Of a DNA stretch of 64,000 bases, positions 48,738 to 63,100 are shown in pieces (within the stretch, counting starts at the first letter, position 1; every line of letters starts with the position of its first letter). The translations under genes were made by a program, and so were the position numbers. The stretch is from Strigamia acuminata (lineage: Eukaryota): positions 14,880,001-14,944,000 of the forward strand of contig OX442314.1 in assembly GCA_949358305.1 (NCBI GenBank), given 5' to 3'. Under the pieces are notes generated by a model. The model was not told the origin of the DNA and did not search any database. It saw only the letters and a program-made list of their open reading frames with translations.

Positions 48738-51700
48738 TAATGACCTGGATTAGGAATTTTCAGGTGACTTTATGACGCATCACTTTTACAAGTAATAATG
48801 AAACTTTCATTTAAGGAAGATAAGCTCCTTGTGCTTCCAGACTTGAAAAGATACTTTACGAAGATAGAATGTACTTCTACTTATCGTAGATTCAAAGTGC
48901 CTAATGTTTCACAATTGTTCAGTCACTTTAAAATGCATTTAAATTCTCAATTACACTAAGTAGTTGTAGATGACAGTTCTGAGAACAGCTTCTGCACAAG
49001 TTTATACTTTTGGCAACTTGCAATGGCAAACTCTACAAAGAAGCCAAGTTTTTTTTTTCTGTTATTCTAAATGAAGGATAGTATACGAATGGTATATCGA
49101 TTCGAGCACTCATCAAAAATTAAAAACCTTATAGCAGTTAAATTCGTTTTAGTGAGACAAATCTAATGAGATAAAAAGTTCAGGGAATGACAGTAACTCA
49201 CAGGCTCTCTCTCAAGTGGAGATAATCAACTCAGACGCCATGTTGACTTTGGAAACACCTCCAAAACAGCACAACACTCATGGTCGAGGTAGGGAAAATC
49301 AAAAGTTTTGTATTTGCATTTTTTTTTTTGCAAATTCTGATTTTTGCAAGTTTTGCAACTGCAAATTTTGAATATCTCAACTGTACACTGTTTCTATAAG
49401 ACAAACTCAGCACCTTGTCCAGCAAATATTTTGGAAACCGGCAAATGTAAGAATGCAAATCTGATTAGAAAGAAAACTGCCGAGATGTTTCTTCCAGATG
49501 GCTCACTTGCCCTCGATAGAACTGTGGATCACGAGATAGTTGTGTTGCAAGGTGCTGAGTTTGTCTTTAAGTTTTCCAGACAGCAAAAGAAAAAAAAAGC
49601 AAAGCAAAATTTATAGAAAAATTCTCTTTACTTTTCTTATATTTGCAGCAAAAGTAAGAAAAAGTTGAAAATTAAGTTGTAAAAACTTTCATCTATCCGT
49701 CGATTAAAGAAAAAAAGAAAAAGAAGGAAAAAAAGGAAGAAAAAAATTGTTGAACAGGCCATGAAATTGCGAAACTAAACTTAATCAAAACGGCACCCCT
49801 TACGAATATATAAAAGATTCTTTTTCCAGCCTACACAGATACCCAAGAGGCTACAAGTTTGAAGCAGTTATTCAATTACAATTTGTCCTAGAGAAAGGCA
49901 TGGTGAACATGACAGAACTATACAGCCTCCACCATTGAAAAGTGATAGAAACTCTCATTCCAAATTCAGATTCCTCAAGGCAAACTTACTTCAAGCTTCT
50001 CCACGTCACTACAAATACTCGTCTCACCCAAAATCTCAAAATTAAAAATTCCCCTTTTTTTCTATTTAAAAAAAAAAAAAAATTACATTTTATCTTCAAA
50101 ATGTAATTCGAATTAACCCCATTCAACGAAGAATTTACCATGCGACATTTAGTTCCCCCATAACTCTCCGGAGATTTACTGCAGTGGTTTTAAATGTAAA
50201 TGCTCAGACAATTACACCGATCATAAAAAAAGGCCGTGAAATTTTTAAGGACTCGCCATATTTTCCCTCCTTGGACGCCGTATAATGACTCCCCTTTCCG
50301 CATTTGAATCCAAATCCATTTCATTACGAAGAAGACCACATATCCACGAGCAAGTGCTCACCCTACTGTATTTTTCTTTAATTCCACACGAGCGTCTTGA
50401 CGGCTGCGAGAGGCAAAACGTGACACTTGAACGTTTCTTCTACTTCCCTACACCTCAACCTTCATCAAAACAAGGAAACATTTTGTTCTTATTACTTTCA
50501 CAAACCCATTGCATTAACTTGAGCCTTTTAACTCATTTCAAGTTTGCATTTTGAATGCGTTTTAACGACCTTAGACCTCTTTACACTCATTACTCCGCTT
50601 CAAATCTGGTGCAAAATTGGTGCGCACAACTTTTTAACTTTTATTGCGCAGCCATAAGTGAATTATTTTTTCCAAAGTCGTCGCAAACTTTACGATCTTG
50701 GCAATTGTGCCAATTGTCCTGGCCGGTACACGAGTCTCATATACAGACGTACGAGGCTATCCTTCAAATGTGCTGCTTTTGAGTGAAAAACCTTGCCATA
50801 GCCTAACCCAAAGTAATAACGTTGAAAGGCACAATAAACTATAAAGCATGCTCGTGTCATTCCAAAAAGTGTCTAAATGTTTCAATAAACTTTTCAACTT
50901 GTACATTACCTTGTTTTATTTTGGGTCACTACTCGTGTGTTTATATGACATTTGGAAATATAAACACCAATCAAAACATAAATTGCCTAATATTGCTTCG
51001 GGAAAACACAATTTGCTGCGACATAAAAAAAGAGAAACTTATTTTACAACGTACAATCGTTGCTAATAAATTTTTTAAATTAATCGAAAAGCCAGGTTAT
51101 TCATAACTTATGGAATTTGGGCCAAAAAAAATGACCAGCACAAGATTTTCCGGTGAAAAGAAAATTAAATTAATGGCCAATTCAAAGATTAAAGCTGACT
51201 GTTGCAGTAATATAAAAAAAAAATGTCTATTGAAAAAGTCGATAAAATAGTTATTTTAACGTAAATGTGGGAGTTTCAGCTTGAATAAATATATTTCTTG
51301 CATGGAATGTTTAAAAAACAGTCGTAATACTCCTCCAATGTGTTTCAATTTTCTCAAATAAAAAGATAGAAAATTGTGTCTGAAGATATAAAACTTGAAT
51401 TTTTGATTAAAAATCTCAAAATGAAACAATTTTTCTAGTTTTATTATTCAGACGATTGCTATTTAAAAAGTTAAAGTTGTGTTGATCGTATAAATTCACA
51501 AGATACGATTTTCCACACGCTAATTGGTCATATGCTATATGTAAAACATACGTTTACTTGTAGCTTGTCATCATTTGCATGATTAAACTGAATGCGCTAC
51601 AACGATTTACATGTTTATGTATACAAATTTTTATGTAAGTTAGCAGGTTCTAACCTCTCTTGTTGACTCTTTAAAACGAAAAACAATATCAATATGCCTC

Positions 51701-54700
51701 TTCTGACAGCATCAACCATAACTTCTGCACAAGCTACATTCCGAAATTAAACCCGCCTTTTAAAAGCTAGTTTACAATGCGAAACGTACGAGCGAAGATT
51801 AAATCTTCGCTTCTATCCAACAAAAACTTCAGTCACAATGATGCAATTTGTTGCATCATTCTCCACAATGAAGTAAAAATCCTCACTCGCAGAGCTGATG
51901 GAATGTTCAGTTTTAAATAAAAATAAAAAATTACAAAATGAGTAATAAATTAATTAGTTAATTATTTAAGCATAGATTCTAACGACGATATTCCATAATT
52001 CTTTATAATATTTTTATCAGATTAAATTTCTAATCAAAGTTTCAAGGCGGATTGCCAGATTTTGCGCCGCTCTAGGCGAAGATGAGATTTGGCGCCAAAA
52101 AATGGACTTTCACGTTGATAAAATGCATTTTAATGCACGAAAATGCACTTTGTAGATACAAATTGAACTTTTTAAAAGATATTTCTTTTTCTTGCTGTTG
52201 GCGCTCGGGGGAACCAAAACCACCCACGCCGGCCCCTTCTACTGGACTTGCCAAGTTCAGATCTGTATCAACTTTTGAGCAAATCCCCATCAAGTTTCTG
52301 CAAACTTCCATACGCCTAGAGACAATTGAAAATATTCTAACACAGGACGGCACACAAACTTTTCAATCGGCCAAATCGCACCTTTGTCAACAAAATTATG
52401 CAACATCATACATCATAAAGCACGAAAAAGTGGTTAAGGGCTCAACGATACGCTCAGATTTAAGTGCGGTTCAGTTTCTTATGCCGTGGATACTTCCGAG
52501 TGCGGATCGAGCAGAAACACATATCCGGAAATCCAACATGGCGCCATTTATACCATTTAAACCATTTATACCACAAGAAAGGCTTTACTACAGGACTTCT
52601 CATCCGCCATTTTTGTGCGAATCAATGGTGCTTCGTACAAATCAACACTAATGGTAAAAAATAAACAAACAAAAAACAGAAAAAAAATGGAAATGTGCTT
52701 GACTAAACCATCAGCAAATGGCAAAAGAAAGGAATAAGTCGTTAGTCATATCTTAATCATGATGCAAAACGTTTGATAAAAGCAAGACTGAATTAAAACT
52801 ACTGGCTTTAAAACATCGCTTGCACTTAAATTCCTTTTAAAATAAGCAATTGCATTCATCCGTCCATCAAATCAACAGAGAAACCGTAAATAAGTCAAAA
52901 ATTGGCAATTTCTGTAGATTTACAGTGTACATAACAAGCATAAGTATACGAGCAGATGAAAATCTCTTAAGAGCCTCGAGTGTAATTTGTTCGTGAGTGT
53001 TTAAGTGTACACACACAAACACGCTATCACTTATATAGCGTGCAACCATAATTTACTTTTCTCATTGACTGTCAGGTAATTAAAACTGCTTATCATTCCT
53101 TGATTTACTGACATAGCTCACCTTCAACGTGCTTATTCCACCAACTTGATAAGCATCTGGCAAAGGGCGCACATTAAAAATTATTTTCCAATCCCAAACA
53201 CGCTCCAATAATTTGCCCAATTAAATATTAATGAAATAAAACAAAACCATATTTTATCAAACAACGAATATCAATCACTCCTTGAATAATTACTCTCGTT
53301 CGCAACTTTAATCCATCAACCAAGTTTTAGCCCTTCCTCACAATCACAAACTCACTTGATTAAAAATTCGGCCCGTATTTATGAATTTTTGATAGCGCAA
53401 CATCACGACATAAATTTCAACCGGCGACGACGTCAGCCGAGCCAACACACACAAGACGACGTTGCAACTCGACTTTGAATTCAGGAGCCGCGCATCGGCG
53501 CCTGTTGTCACGTTCCCAGCCACAATCTGGCTAATCAAAATGTAATCAGCCTCGAATCCTACTTCCAATTGACTCGCACTTGTGAGTATACACAAATTTG
53601 ATGAACCATCTCACGTCAACCAATTCCCTCATTAATCCCAATACATCGCAAAACCCATTCTAATTAACCTGCCCCTTTAAATCCGCCGTAAAGCTCGCAC
53701 ATCTAATTCCACACTTATTAAAACTAAAAGTGCCTCAACACCTGCCCAACATTTTTACAACCTCGCCAGACGGTGGCAGGAAAAGGGAAACGAAACCAAC
53801 TTTTACAATCATTGCCCGCACGTTCCAAATAACCAGGTACTAACAAAAACTTCCGTGAACACAAAAATCCGAAACGAGCGAGGGGCTGTAACCAGAAACG
53901 CCAATGATGGTCAGCCACCTTTATCTGAGAGACAACATCCGCGCTCATCATCCAGTTGTTTTTACGGGACAGACGTCCGGCTTTGAAGAAAGAGAGAAAG
54001 CGCGTTGTGGTCGCTTACTCCCTTACCCAATATCCACTATTCACTTGACCACGTATAATAAAAAAGAAAAAAGAAAAAAAGGAGATAAACTTGTTGGGTG
54101 GTGGGAGCCAATATGCTTGTTCCATTTCTTGAGCAAAGAAGCGCACAGGGGGGGAACTAGTCGTTTCCCAAAGACAATCAAATCCCCAAGACACACAAAT
54201 ATTGTATTTTGTTAGTGCATTTAGCCGTCTACCCCTCGACATTTCTTCCGGCAGAGAGGAGAGAAAGGAGAGAAAAAGATGCTGGAGAAAAATTACTTAC
54301 ATCAGGGCTGAGATAGAATGTGGGACTCGTTTAGAGTATATCTCGTGCTGTGTGTGGCGCGTGTTTGTTGTATATGTCTGTGGGTGGTAGTGCGAGTGTC
54401 TGCTACTATTTTTTCTCTCTACAATCTTGGCAACTTCATTTTGGAAGAGACAAAACCCCAATAGCAATAAACGAAGACTGGTGCAGAACAAATTTGCAGA
54501 AACATCTTTCTTCCGTGTATGCTCGTGATAAACAAAAACAGCAAAAACAAAAACACAATAATAATAATAATAAAAAATAAAATGAAATTAAATAAATTGC
54601 GTTTTTGCATGTAGCGTTAATTTAAAAATTTTTTTTTACATTAATTAATTTGAGAATTATTTATGCGTCCCAAGAGTATTTAAAAATTTGATTAAGAATA

Positions 54701-54779
54701 ATATTTTTAAAAATTGTGAAGCGCATGTATGTTAATGATGCTTTTTAAAGGTGCTGTGTTTGTTGTAACAAACAGGAAG

Positions 54780-55038
54780 CTCTGTGGTCCGGACATAGGA
54801 GATTTGTCCAGTTCAGAAAATGTCCAGACACAAATGTCATTTTAAAGAGAAGAGATTATTTAAAAAAAAATTCATAAAGTAATGCTGTTTAGCATTTTAA
54901 ACAACATATTTAAACAGATCTTTCAGACAATTGTGCTTCGGATCGTTTTTTCCAATTTCCCGCTTTAAATTTCGACGTGTGTTGAAATTGGGCCACACCA
55001 AACCTGTCTAGACGACGTTACGTCCAGACCGCACAGAG
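54780..55038. mobile_element. Degenerate MITE
   Basis: CTCTGTGGTCCGGACATA versus reverse complement of the right end CTCTGTGCGGTCTGGACGTA; repeated GTCCAGAC-like motifs; right end followed by TA. Confidence 0.5.
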
Positions 55039-57589
55039 TACACAGTAATTGATTTTCTATCTTTTCAACATCATGTTTCAATGATTTTTTTTAAAACTTA
55101 CTAAAAATAAATAAATAAAACGCCTAAAAGAAAAAAAACGCCTTTTGTAATTTCTGACTGGATGTATAACAATTTAAAACTGAAGTTCGCTAACAAAATT
55201 AATTTTAATTTTATATTTATAATTTATTAGCAACGAAGCTAATTAAATCTAAAAATCCAATAACGTGTTGCATTCCACACGAAAAACCCGCCTTCAAAGA
55301 CCTCGAAGTGAGCTAAATAAGCCGTGAGATTCACTTGGGCAAAGTGGTTCTGTTTTCACTTTACTTTTCCGAGAACTAGGTCATTTCCGATCTTTAGAAA
55401 AACTACGGAAGCAATAAAAAACTTACCCCAGCCTTTTTAACTTTCGCCCGGTCCAATCGATACAACAAAGTAACAGTTTTGCAACTTAAAAAAAAAATAA
55501 AAGCAAAGAAAACTACAAAATGACCAAAAAGTTACAAACAAGAAAGAAAGAAAAAAATCAAACTTTATCCCTTCTTTTTCTCGTTTCAAGTCCATTTTCA
55601 ACGTTTCTCACATGACTGCCTTTCATTTTCACATGGTCAAAAATGTGAGAGTAATGCACCAAGCCAGGCTTCACTTGAGCACTCGAAACCCTTGGCATGT
55701 ACTCCCTGCATTCGATTTAAATCAGATTGTCACTCTGGCCAAGTTTTCGCGAGGTTTTGCTTCTCTTGTGCGAGTACGCGCTGAGGGCATACGAAAACAA
55801 CTTCTCTCCCAGTTCACGTCGCATGCAAAACACACAAATATCGTTGCGCAAACACCACTCTACTATAAATCTAGCCCGTATTTACCTTCGCAAAATATTC
55901 CTAATCATTAAAACTTATCAGCAATCCTGCACATACAAACTACTTCTACTTATTTCCGTTTTCAAATAAATATATATTTATATATTATACACGTAATAAA
56001 AAAAATTTTCAAATGTTAATACCTCCGTTCAAGTAACCAATGTTGGCAGACGGAGAAACTTTATCCGACACGTGATGCGAATACGAACTGGCTGCTTAAA
56101 CATCCCTGGACGGTCCAGCTCGGGGCCCCTATTCCGTTATGGCAGAAACGTTTTCTTAGTTTCAAGACCCGCGTGAGCTTCCTTAATGGAGCACAAATTT
56201 CACATGTGGGAAGTCTGAACGTGCAAAATGAAATTGGTCAAATACGCTGCATTTCTTATACGAGCAACCATTTTGTCGGAAACATTTTAAATTTCAAATT
56301 CGGCTGCAATACGAGAAACTCAAATCTCATTTGGCCCGGTATAAAAAATAAAAAAAAATATGGCGGAGTGACTGGAAACGATTTGAAATAAAAACAGAAA
56401 GGGAAAAAAGTTCTTGAAATCCATAATTTAAATGAATAAAACAAATAGGCTTAATCGCGAAAAACAACAGAACAACGTCAGTCTTCCCGCCATGCACTCA
56501 GTTCCTGGTCTCACACACGTCCTGCACGTATCACGTCGACATAAGTTGTCGTTTCAATATTTACAGCTGCAAATCCTACCTCCTCCAACGCCGTAGGATC
56601 AACTTGTCGACATGTTTGTATTTCAAAGAAAAGGCTGTTTCTTAAGCCTTTTTTAAATTAATGCGCAATAAAATGGTCCGTGTGAAAGGAAACGTCAAAA
56701 CGCGAATGACACCCGCAATGGCAGCGCAAGTTCAAATTGTAGCAGAACTCTTTCCGTAGATACTTTCCACTTTTTAAATTAAAACTTATGGCATTGCTGA
56801 CAACACGTCGCGAGTCTACGATCACTAAAGCTGTTGCCGCACATCTCGACTCGGAGCAAAACTAAAATCCCTTCAATGTACTTTTATATCATCAAAAAGA
56901 TTCTAAAACGTGGCTACTTGCAACAAATTTTTGACACCACCGACTTCCACGTGTGTAATAAACTTCGAAAAATGGCCGTATGGTTTATAAGTAACCGGAA
57001 AATGGCTCTTTTTTAACGCCTCGGTGATCTTGACGACACTTTTACTTCTTATTGTGACAATCTTCGCTCCGCTTTTCATCAGATTTAAGTTGTAAAATTA
57101 ATTTTTATTTCCCCATCTTTTTTTCTCGATTTGAAAATATTGGAAAAAACGTGCAATTTCTCAAAATGTTTTTATCGCACTTCTCTCAATCATTTTTTCA
57201 ATTTCGTTTGCTGTGTTTTCTTCTATCTTTAACTGGTCTCGACAAACATCAAGCCTGTTCTCTTCAAAAATATTATTTTGCAGAATATAAAAAAAAATTT
57301 AAATTTTAAACGCATTAACAAAATATTAATTATTTTATAAACTAAAGCCACGTGTTAATTACACCAGGCACATTGAATAAAGAAATGACACAAGAATTAG
57401 CACTACCTGTTAGCACTAATTAGCGTTCTTGAACTCGTGCGAGAAAATAAATTTAAGTATTAACACGAAATTCGCATGCCCAAAAATTGTCTGGAAACAC
57501 AATGAAACTCTCAGTACAACCTTTGCATGCGAAAATTCAAAAACTTGGATCGAGATATCGTCGGATTGTTGTAGCAAAAATACGTTAGG

Positions 57590-58329
57590 CCGTGTTGGGC
57601 ACGGTACCCCCAATGAGTACCGCGGTACAAGTACGCGGTACTTGCGCCGGCGATGAAAAGTATCGCGGTCCCGGTACGCGGTACCTAGTGCGGTACCGCG
57701 GTACCGGTATGCGGTACATGCAGCTTCCGCAAAAAGTACCGCGGTCCCGGTACAGTACCGGTACCGGGATTTTGCGGTACTCTCGCGGTACTTGGGAAAA
57801 CGCGAGAAAACACGAGATTCTCGTGTTTTCTCCCGTTTTCCACTTTTTTTTTAAAAAGTTGATGTTTACACTCATTTAAAATGAGTATAAACATCAATAA
57901 CCATTAAAATAGCATTAAAAGCTTATTAATAATAAACTTTTAATGTGATTTTGCCACTCGTCTGCCACCCGAACACCGAACAAATTAACGGGCGGGCGGA
58001 CGGGTCTTCGGGCAGGGCGGGCGTTTTACCTTGTGCCAGTTCGAATCGTAACGTCTCAACGACGTTACGATTTTAGACAACTTTAACGTGGAAAACGGGA
58101 TAAAGCACGTGAATCTCGTGTTTTCTCGCGTTTTCCCGAATACCGCGAGAGTACCGCAGGGCGCCGAAAGTACCGCGGTACAAGTATCCGATACTACCGG
58201 AGACTGCAAAAAGTACCGCGGTACCGGTACTCAGCTTGAACAAAAGTACCGCGGTACAGGCTGCGGTACTGTACCGGTACCGGCGGTACTGGTAACGCCG
58301 GTACCGGTACTGTACCGTGCCCAACACTG
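57590..58329. mobile_element. Foldback-like non-autonomous DNA transposon (~740 bp) built from GTAC/CCGCGG palindromic repeats
   Basis: Terminal inverted GTGTTGGGCACGGTAC; ~70-bp inner inverted repeat (57772-57843 / 58088-58158); dense GGTACC and GTACCGCGGTAC motifs in both arms; CAGTGTTG terminus is hAT-like but no TSD seen. Confidence 0.85.
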
Positions 58330-60129
58330 GGCCTACGTACCAACGACATTTGGTACCGAAATCAATGTGAAATCAGCTAAAACCACCATTTTTGGAATCA
58401 GAATTTGCATATTAGGCACCATTGCAAAGATTCAAGCAAAAACCTCTTTCCTAACCACCATTTCATTTGTGTGGCTGAAATGGATGAACAGCCATTTTGT
58501 TGTTCCAGATAATCAAAGGGCAGTATGGGTAATTCTCATATGACGTAATGTTTACCAGAAAACTAACGTCATGTAAACGCAAACGGTTATCCAGATAAAT
58601 AAAATCCAAATATTCACTTATCTGGAAAACTGTGACCATGTAAACATGGTAATTGACGCGATTTTCGCAAGTAGCATAATATAATACTAGCATAATAATA
58701 TTTCAGGTAGGAGTATTCAATAATAAGTCATATAAGCAGTTATTTCACTTATGTTTATTCATTTAGATTTAAGAAAACTTTGCTTAACCAATTTGAACGC
58801 ACTATTGATTATCCGAACCAGCCTGACCCAATGATAATCCAGAAAAAAAAAAATTTTCGTTTAAAAAATAGTGATTTTAAGCTAATTTCTTTTTAATTAT
58901 AATTACGCTTATCTTTACTACACTTTATTGGCTTTATGAGTTATCGGAAATTTTATTTTTTAATCTTTAAAAAATTATATACCAGTTATGTATAAAAAAA
59001 ATCACTTAAAGAAAAACACTTAAACATCATCAAGACAACACGAAAGTGACAAGTGAACTTCACTATATAATCAGAACAGGAAGTAGTCTTCATCACTCTA
59101 TCAGACATAACGGAAACTGCAACAACTGATGATGAGTCAACCACCAATAAACTATAGTGACACAAAATATTGCTTCGTCTATGCATTAATTAAATCAAAA
59201 ATCCAAACCCAATTTTTAACCGCAAATAAACAAATCACCGTCTATATTTAAATAACTTTCCCCCGAATTATATTTTTTAAATTCTACCTCTTAAATCATT
59301 CAACAACAAACACAATTTAACTTTTCCCCAACCCCAACCAATTTAAGAAACCAAATTAGCTCGTTGAATATCAAAGAAATCCAAAACACAAAAGAGTAAT
59401 AAATGTTAGATAACATTTAAAGCGAAACATTCCTTCGTTTATTTATAGTTTAGAAATGAACCTTTCCCCTTCAAGTGTTCAAATTTCTGCTCTACGAAAA
59501 CCGAACTCATATCGACATGAAAGGAAAAGAACGAATATTGCAAAACGAGAGAAGAGAAAGAAGAAGAAGAAAAAATGGGTTTATTTTGGGCGTAAAAAGT
59601 ACATAGGACGCCATAGGACAGATCCTGAATCCAAAGCAATGCGTATGAACTAGCGGATGCTCGTTTGAGGGTGAAATGAGATGAATAAATCTCAAGTGGT
59701 AATCTCACAGTGCCGCTATAGTTGACGGCACGGTTCTACAAAAGCACCCGGGATGAAATGTGATTTACTACCGAAACGAAGTAACTCGTACACGTCAGTT
59801 AAGACTCGCCACTTCTCTTGAAATTTTCCCATTTAAAAACAGCTGACGCGGTTTGGAACTTTGCTCGATAGTCAAACATGGACACTCTAACCACAGCTGC
59901 CATCTGTGATTGCAATGGAGAAACCCCAACTAAATATTTATATTAAAATCAAATTGTAACACTGAACCAAATTGAACCAACGGAATAAAAATGAAATTGG
60001 AAACATAAAATATTTTTAGTCCTAGTTTTTTAACTAGTAGCGTCATCTTTTGGCAACATTTGGGGTTAAAATTGTAAAATGACGTCATAAAAATCAAACC
60101 AAATAAAGATTTTTGTTGTTTTGCATTAC

Positions 60130-60305
60130 CGTTTGAATTGATATGGCCTTCTGCTGATCCACTAGCTAATAATCCAAATTTGCTGGCAATTTCTGATATC
60201 TCCGCCGCTGTTTCTGGTTCGTCGTCAAAATCCTCCAAATTACCAACGTCCTCGTGGGGATACTGTATACTCATTAAACTGGCAATGCTTTGCATGTCTT
60301 CATCA
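60130..60305 (-). CDS. EHBP1: Exon after NT-C2 (DEDMQSIASLMSIQYPHEDVGNLEDFDDEPETAAEISEIASKFGLL...INSN)
   Basis: TAG acceptor after a T-run, G|GTAATG donor, 176 nt; conserved DEDMQS-x-ASLMS and GNL-x-DF. Confidence 0.92.
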
Positions 60306-61066
60306 CTAAAAAAAAATCGAAATAAATTTAAGCAGGTAAAATTTTAAAAAATGTAAATTTTAAAAAATATAATTTTTAAAAAAAATTCATTTTTAGTTTT
60401 TCCGATTATTACTATTTATATAAAAGAGGAATAATGAGACGCCTAATCAGGCAGTGAAAAAACTCTTACAGAAAAGGTCGTATGTTTATCAGCTAATAAA
60501 TATTCATTTATCTTTAGTACCAAGTATTTAGGCCCTTCGAATTAATGATTCATGCAAGAATGAGCTCATCAACTATCTTTTTACTTAAGACGCAACTCAA
60601 TCGTTTGTAAACTGAGATGATGCTCAGATTTAAGCATAAAAAAAAATTTTTAAAAAAAAAACACATAAAATGCATTTACAAGTTGTTATTTTTAGACACT
60701 TGTAATTAAACATGAAATATAGGGCATTTTCAATTAAACAAACCACACGTTAACAAATTTCCCAACACTTAACATTTCTAACTTAAATTTATCCGTTTCG
60801 TGTCTAAAAATAAATTATTTGCAGCATCTGGAATGCAGTGAATGAGTGATTGCCTCATCAAAAATAAGAAAAAAGTCCAACATTGCAACATTTTGCAAGA
60901 AAAATTCCATTTAAGAACGTTAAAGTATGAGCACGCCAGAACAGCTGTAAAAACTATTTTCAAATCTACCAAAAAAAATAACGTATTTTATAAAATTCAA
61001 AAAATAAAAATAAAACCCGAAAATCCACAATACATCAAACACGTTCATTAACCTTCATTAACTTAC

Positions 61067-61248
61067 GTGGCCTTTCCCTCGCGAAGAAAAACACAAGATA
61101 AAGTGAATTGCAAATTAGCGGCTGCCACTTTCTTCGACAACGGTTTCAAGTTGAGTTTCACTTCGGTTTGAGCGGGAACGATTGATGCGTATTGTTTCAT
61201 GTTGATTTTACCCGAAGCTATTTGTCGCCTTTTTCCGGTCGTTGAGAT
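61067..61248 (-). CDS. EHBP1: NT-C2 exon (ISTTGKRRQIASGKINMKQYASIVPAQTEVKLNLKPLSKKVAAANLQFTLSCVFLREGKAT)
   Basis: TAG acceptor, GTAAGT donor, 182 nt; translated by hand (absent from the ORF track); conserved FLREGKAT. Confidence 0.96.
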
Positions 61249-61785
61249 CTACAAACAATGAGAGACAAAATGTTGCTCAAAAATGTATAAGATACAACAT
61301 GCATTGGTGCAGATTGAATTGATTTTAAACTTCGTTAGGTAATTTCAGGTGTCGGATCACTTCTATAATAATTATTAGCCAAATTATTATAAAATTCAAA
61401 TTCAAATGTCTACATTTTAATTTAAGCTTCCTCACATTACTAAATCACTTGATAATTTAACTTTACTCATTACTAAATCGTTCAACTTTAAAATTTGAAT
61501 TAAAATATCCGTATTTATTACAAAAACGGTTAGACAAACTGGGTCTATCAGCGACTCAAGCCGCTCATTTCTCAAATTAAATGCAAAACACACAAGAGCA
61601 TCTGAATCCCCAACGACTTATTAATTCTTACGAGCTCTATTTAGCATACAAATTGTAAAATTCTACCTAAACTGCTGAAATCATTCATTATTTAAACCAT
61701 TTCGCACACGTAGTTATTTAATTCCAACAATGAAATTGAAATATCCACTCAATCTTTCATAAAAAATCCTCATAAATTTGCTTAC

Positions 61786-61935
61786 ATCTTCTACTACGAA
61801 AGTCCAATCTTTATCTTCAAACTCCGTACTTAAAGTATTTTTGAAGAGTGTCACCGTAATCTCAACATTCTCCGGTACTGGCCATACAACTAATCCTCTA
61901 TAAGGATTTCTCATTGTTGGTTCCCAATTATGCGG
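61786..61935 (-). CDS. EHBP1: NT-C2 exon (PHNWEPTMRNPYRGLVVWPVPENVEITVTLFKN...DKDWTFVVED)
   Basis: CAG acceptor, GTAAG donor, 150 nt, phase 0-0; strongly conserved EHBP1 motif. Confidence 0.96.
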
Positions 61936-62010
61936 CTGTAAAAAATTCACTCAATTAAAAATAAAATCTCACACACGTACATTTTTTTAAACATAGATAA
62001 TATACGGAAC

Positions 62011-62068
62011 CTGGGAACAATATCTTCTACTACGTCGTGTCCATATCACGCAGAGCTTATTCGGTTGC
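62011..62068 (-). CDS. EHBP1: NT-C2 exon (QPNKLCVIWTRRSRRYCSQ)
   Basis: TAG acceptor, CAG|GTTCCG donor, 58 nt, phase-compatible on both sides; conserved WTRRSRR motif. Confidence 0.93.
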
Positions 62069-62160
62069 CTACAAAGATAAATAAAACGACCTTGTAAATC
62101 TTTTTCTATCCAAAGTTAAATAAACATTTCAAAAAAACTGAGCAAACCATAAACACTTAC

Positions 62161-62469
62161 CATTTACTCGTACACTCGACCATCAACTCATGATATGAAC
62201 TAATAAACTGAAACTTTGCAGCTCGCTGATTGACCCTCTGAAGTCGTTTCCACACGGAACTCATTGCTGGAGTGCAACAAGACGCGAACCGTCCCTTGCT
62301 TTTTACACTTTTTTCTGCAACAGATGTAGAATCTGTAGCTTTTTCTGGTGTTGAAAGGAGTTTCGGAGTTAATATCGGCGGCACAGGGCGAGTGGGAGGC
62401 GGAGGACGCAATGGAGGTGGAGGCCGGGGTGGCTTCGGTCCTGACTTTCCTGATTCATTGGTGGTATTT
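62161..62469 (-). CDS. EHBP1: Exon: proline-rich extension plus start of NT-C2 domain (...PKPPRPPPPLRPPPPTRPVPP...CCTPAMSSVWKRLQRVNQRAAKFQFISSYHELMVECTSKW)
   Basis: CAG acceptor (AG at 62470-71), GTAAGT donor, 309 nt, open throughout; the 3' third is the conserved EHBP1 N-terminus. Confidence 0.92.
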
Positions 62470-63100
62470 CTGATATGATAATAATAATAATAACAAAAAA
62501 AATTAAACAGATATAATTCACTTTTTTTCCTTATGAAAGATGATTCATGTTGAGCAATTTCCTAGTCGCCACTTAAGGTATGCGATTAAATTACACAATT
62601 CGCATTTAATTAATTAAAGGCTACAACTGTTTAATTATTACAAACACGGGAATTAGTCGGTCGGGAAGCGGTGCATGAAAATAAAAACCCATTAATTTTC
62701 TCAGGAAATCAACATTTTATGTCTAAATTAATGTTTATTTCGTTCCGACTTCCTTCATTGGAAATTTCGTGTTTTGTGTTTTTGTTTCAGCAAGAAATTT
62801 GGTAGAATGAACCGAGCTGCACAGGTATATGTAAACACAAGGTTAAATAAAGTGGCTTCTGCCAACAAGTGCAACTCGTACTAAATTTAGATTCAACCGA
62901 AACAACATTTTTCATCACATTTTTCATTTAAAAACAAAAAAATTTAATCAAATCAAACCAAAACATATCATTTCAAAGATCAAAAGGGGAACTAAATAAA
63001 AAAAATTACTATTTTCTTAAACCCCACAGTTCTATATTAAGAAAATATAAAACAAAAAAGGAACCTAAAATTTTCTATGTTAAGGTTAAGTTTAATTTAC

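Noticed and set aside
52082..52651. 189-aa plus-strand ORF as a nested gene
   Set aside because: No recognisable motif; its start overlaps what looks like a degraded repeat fragment at about 52044-52260.
57585..58543. Several overlapping R/Y/G/T/V/P-rich ORFs
   Set aside because: By-products of the palindromic GTAC repeats; no transposase motifs.
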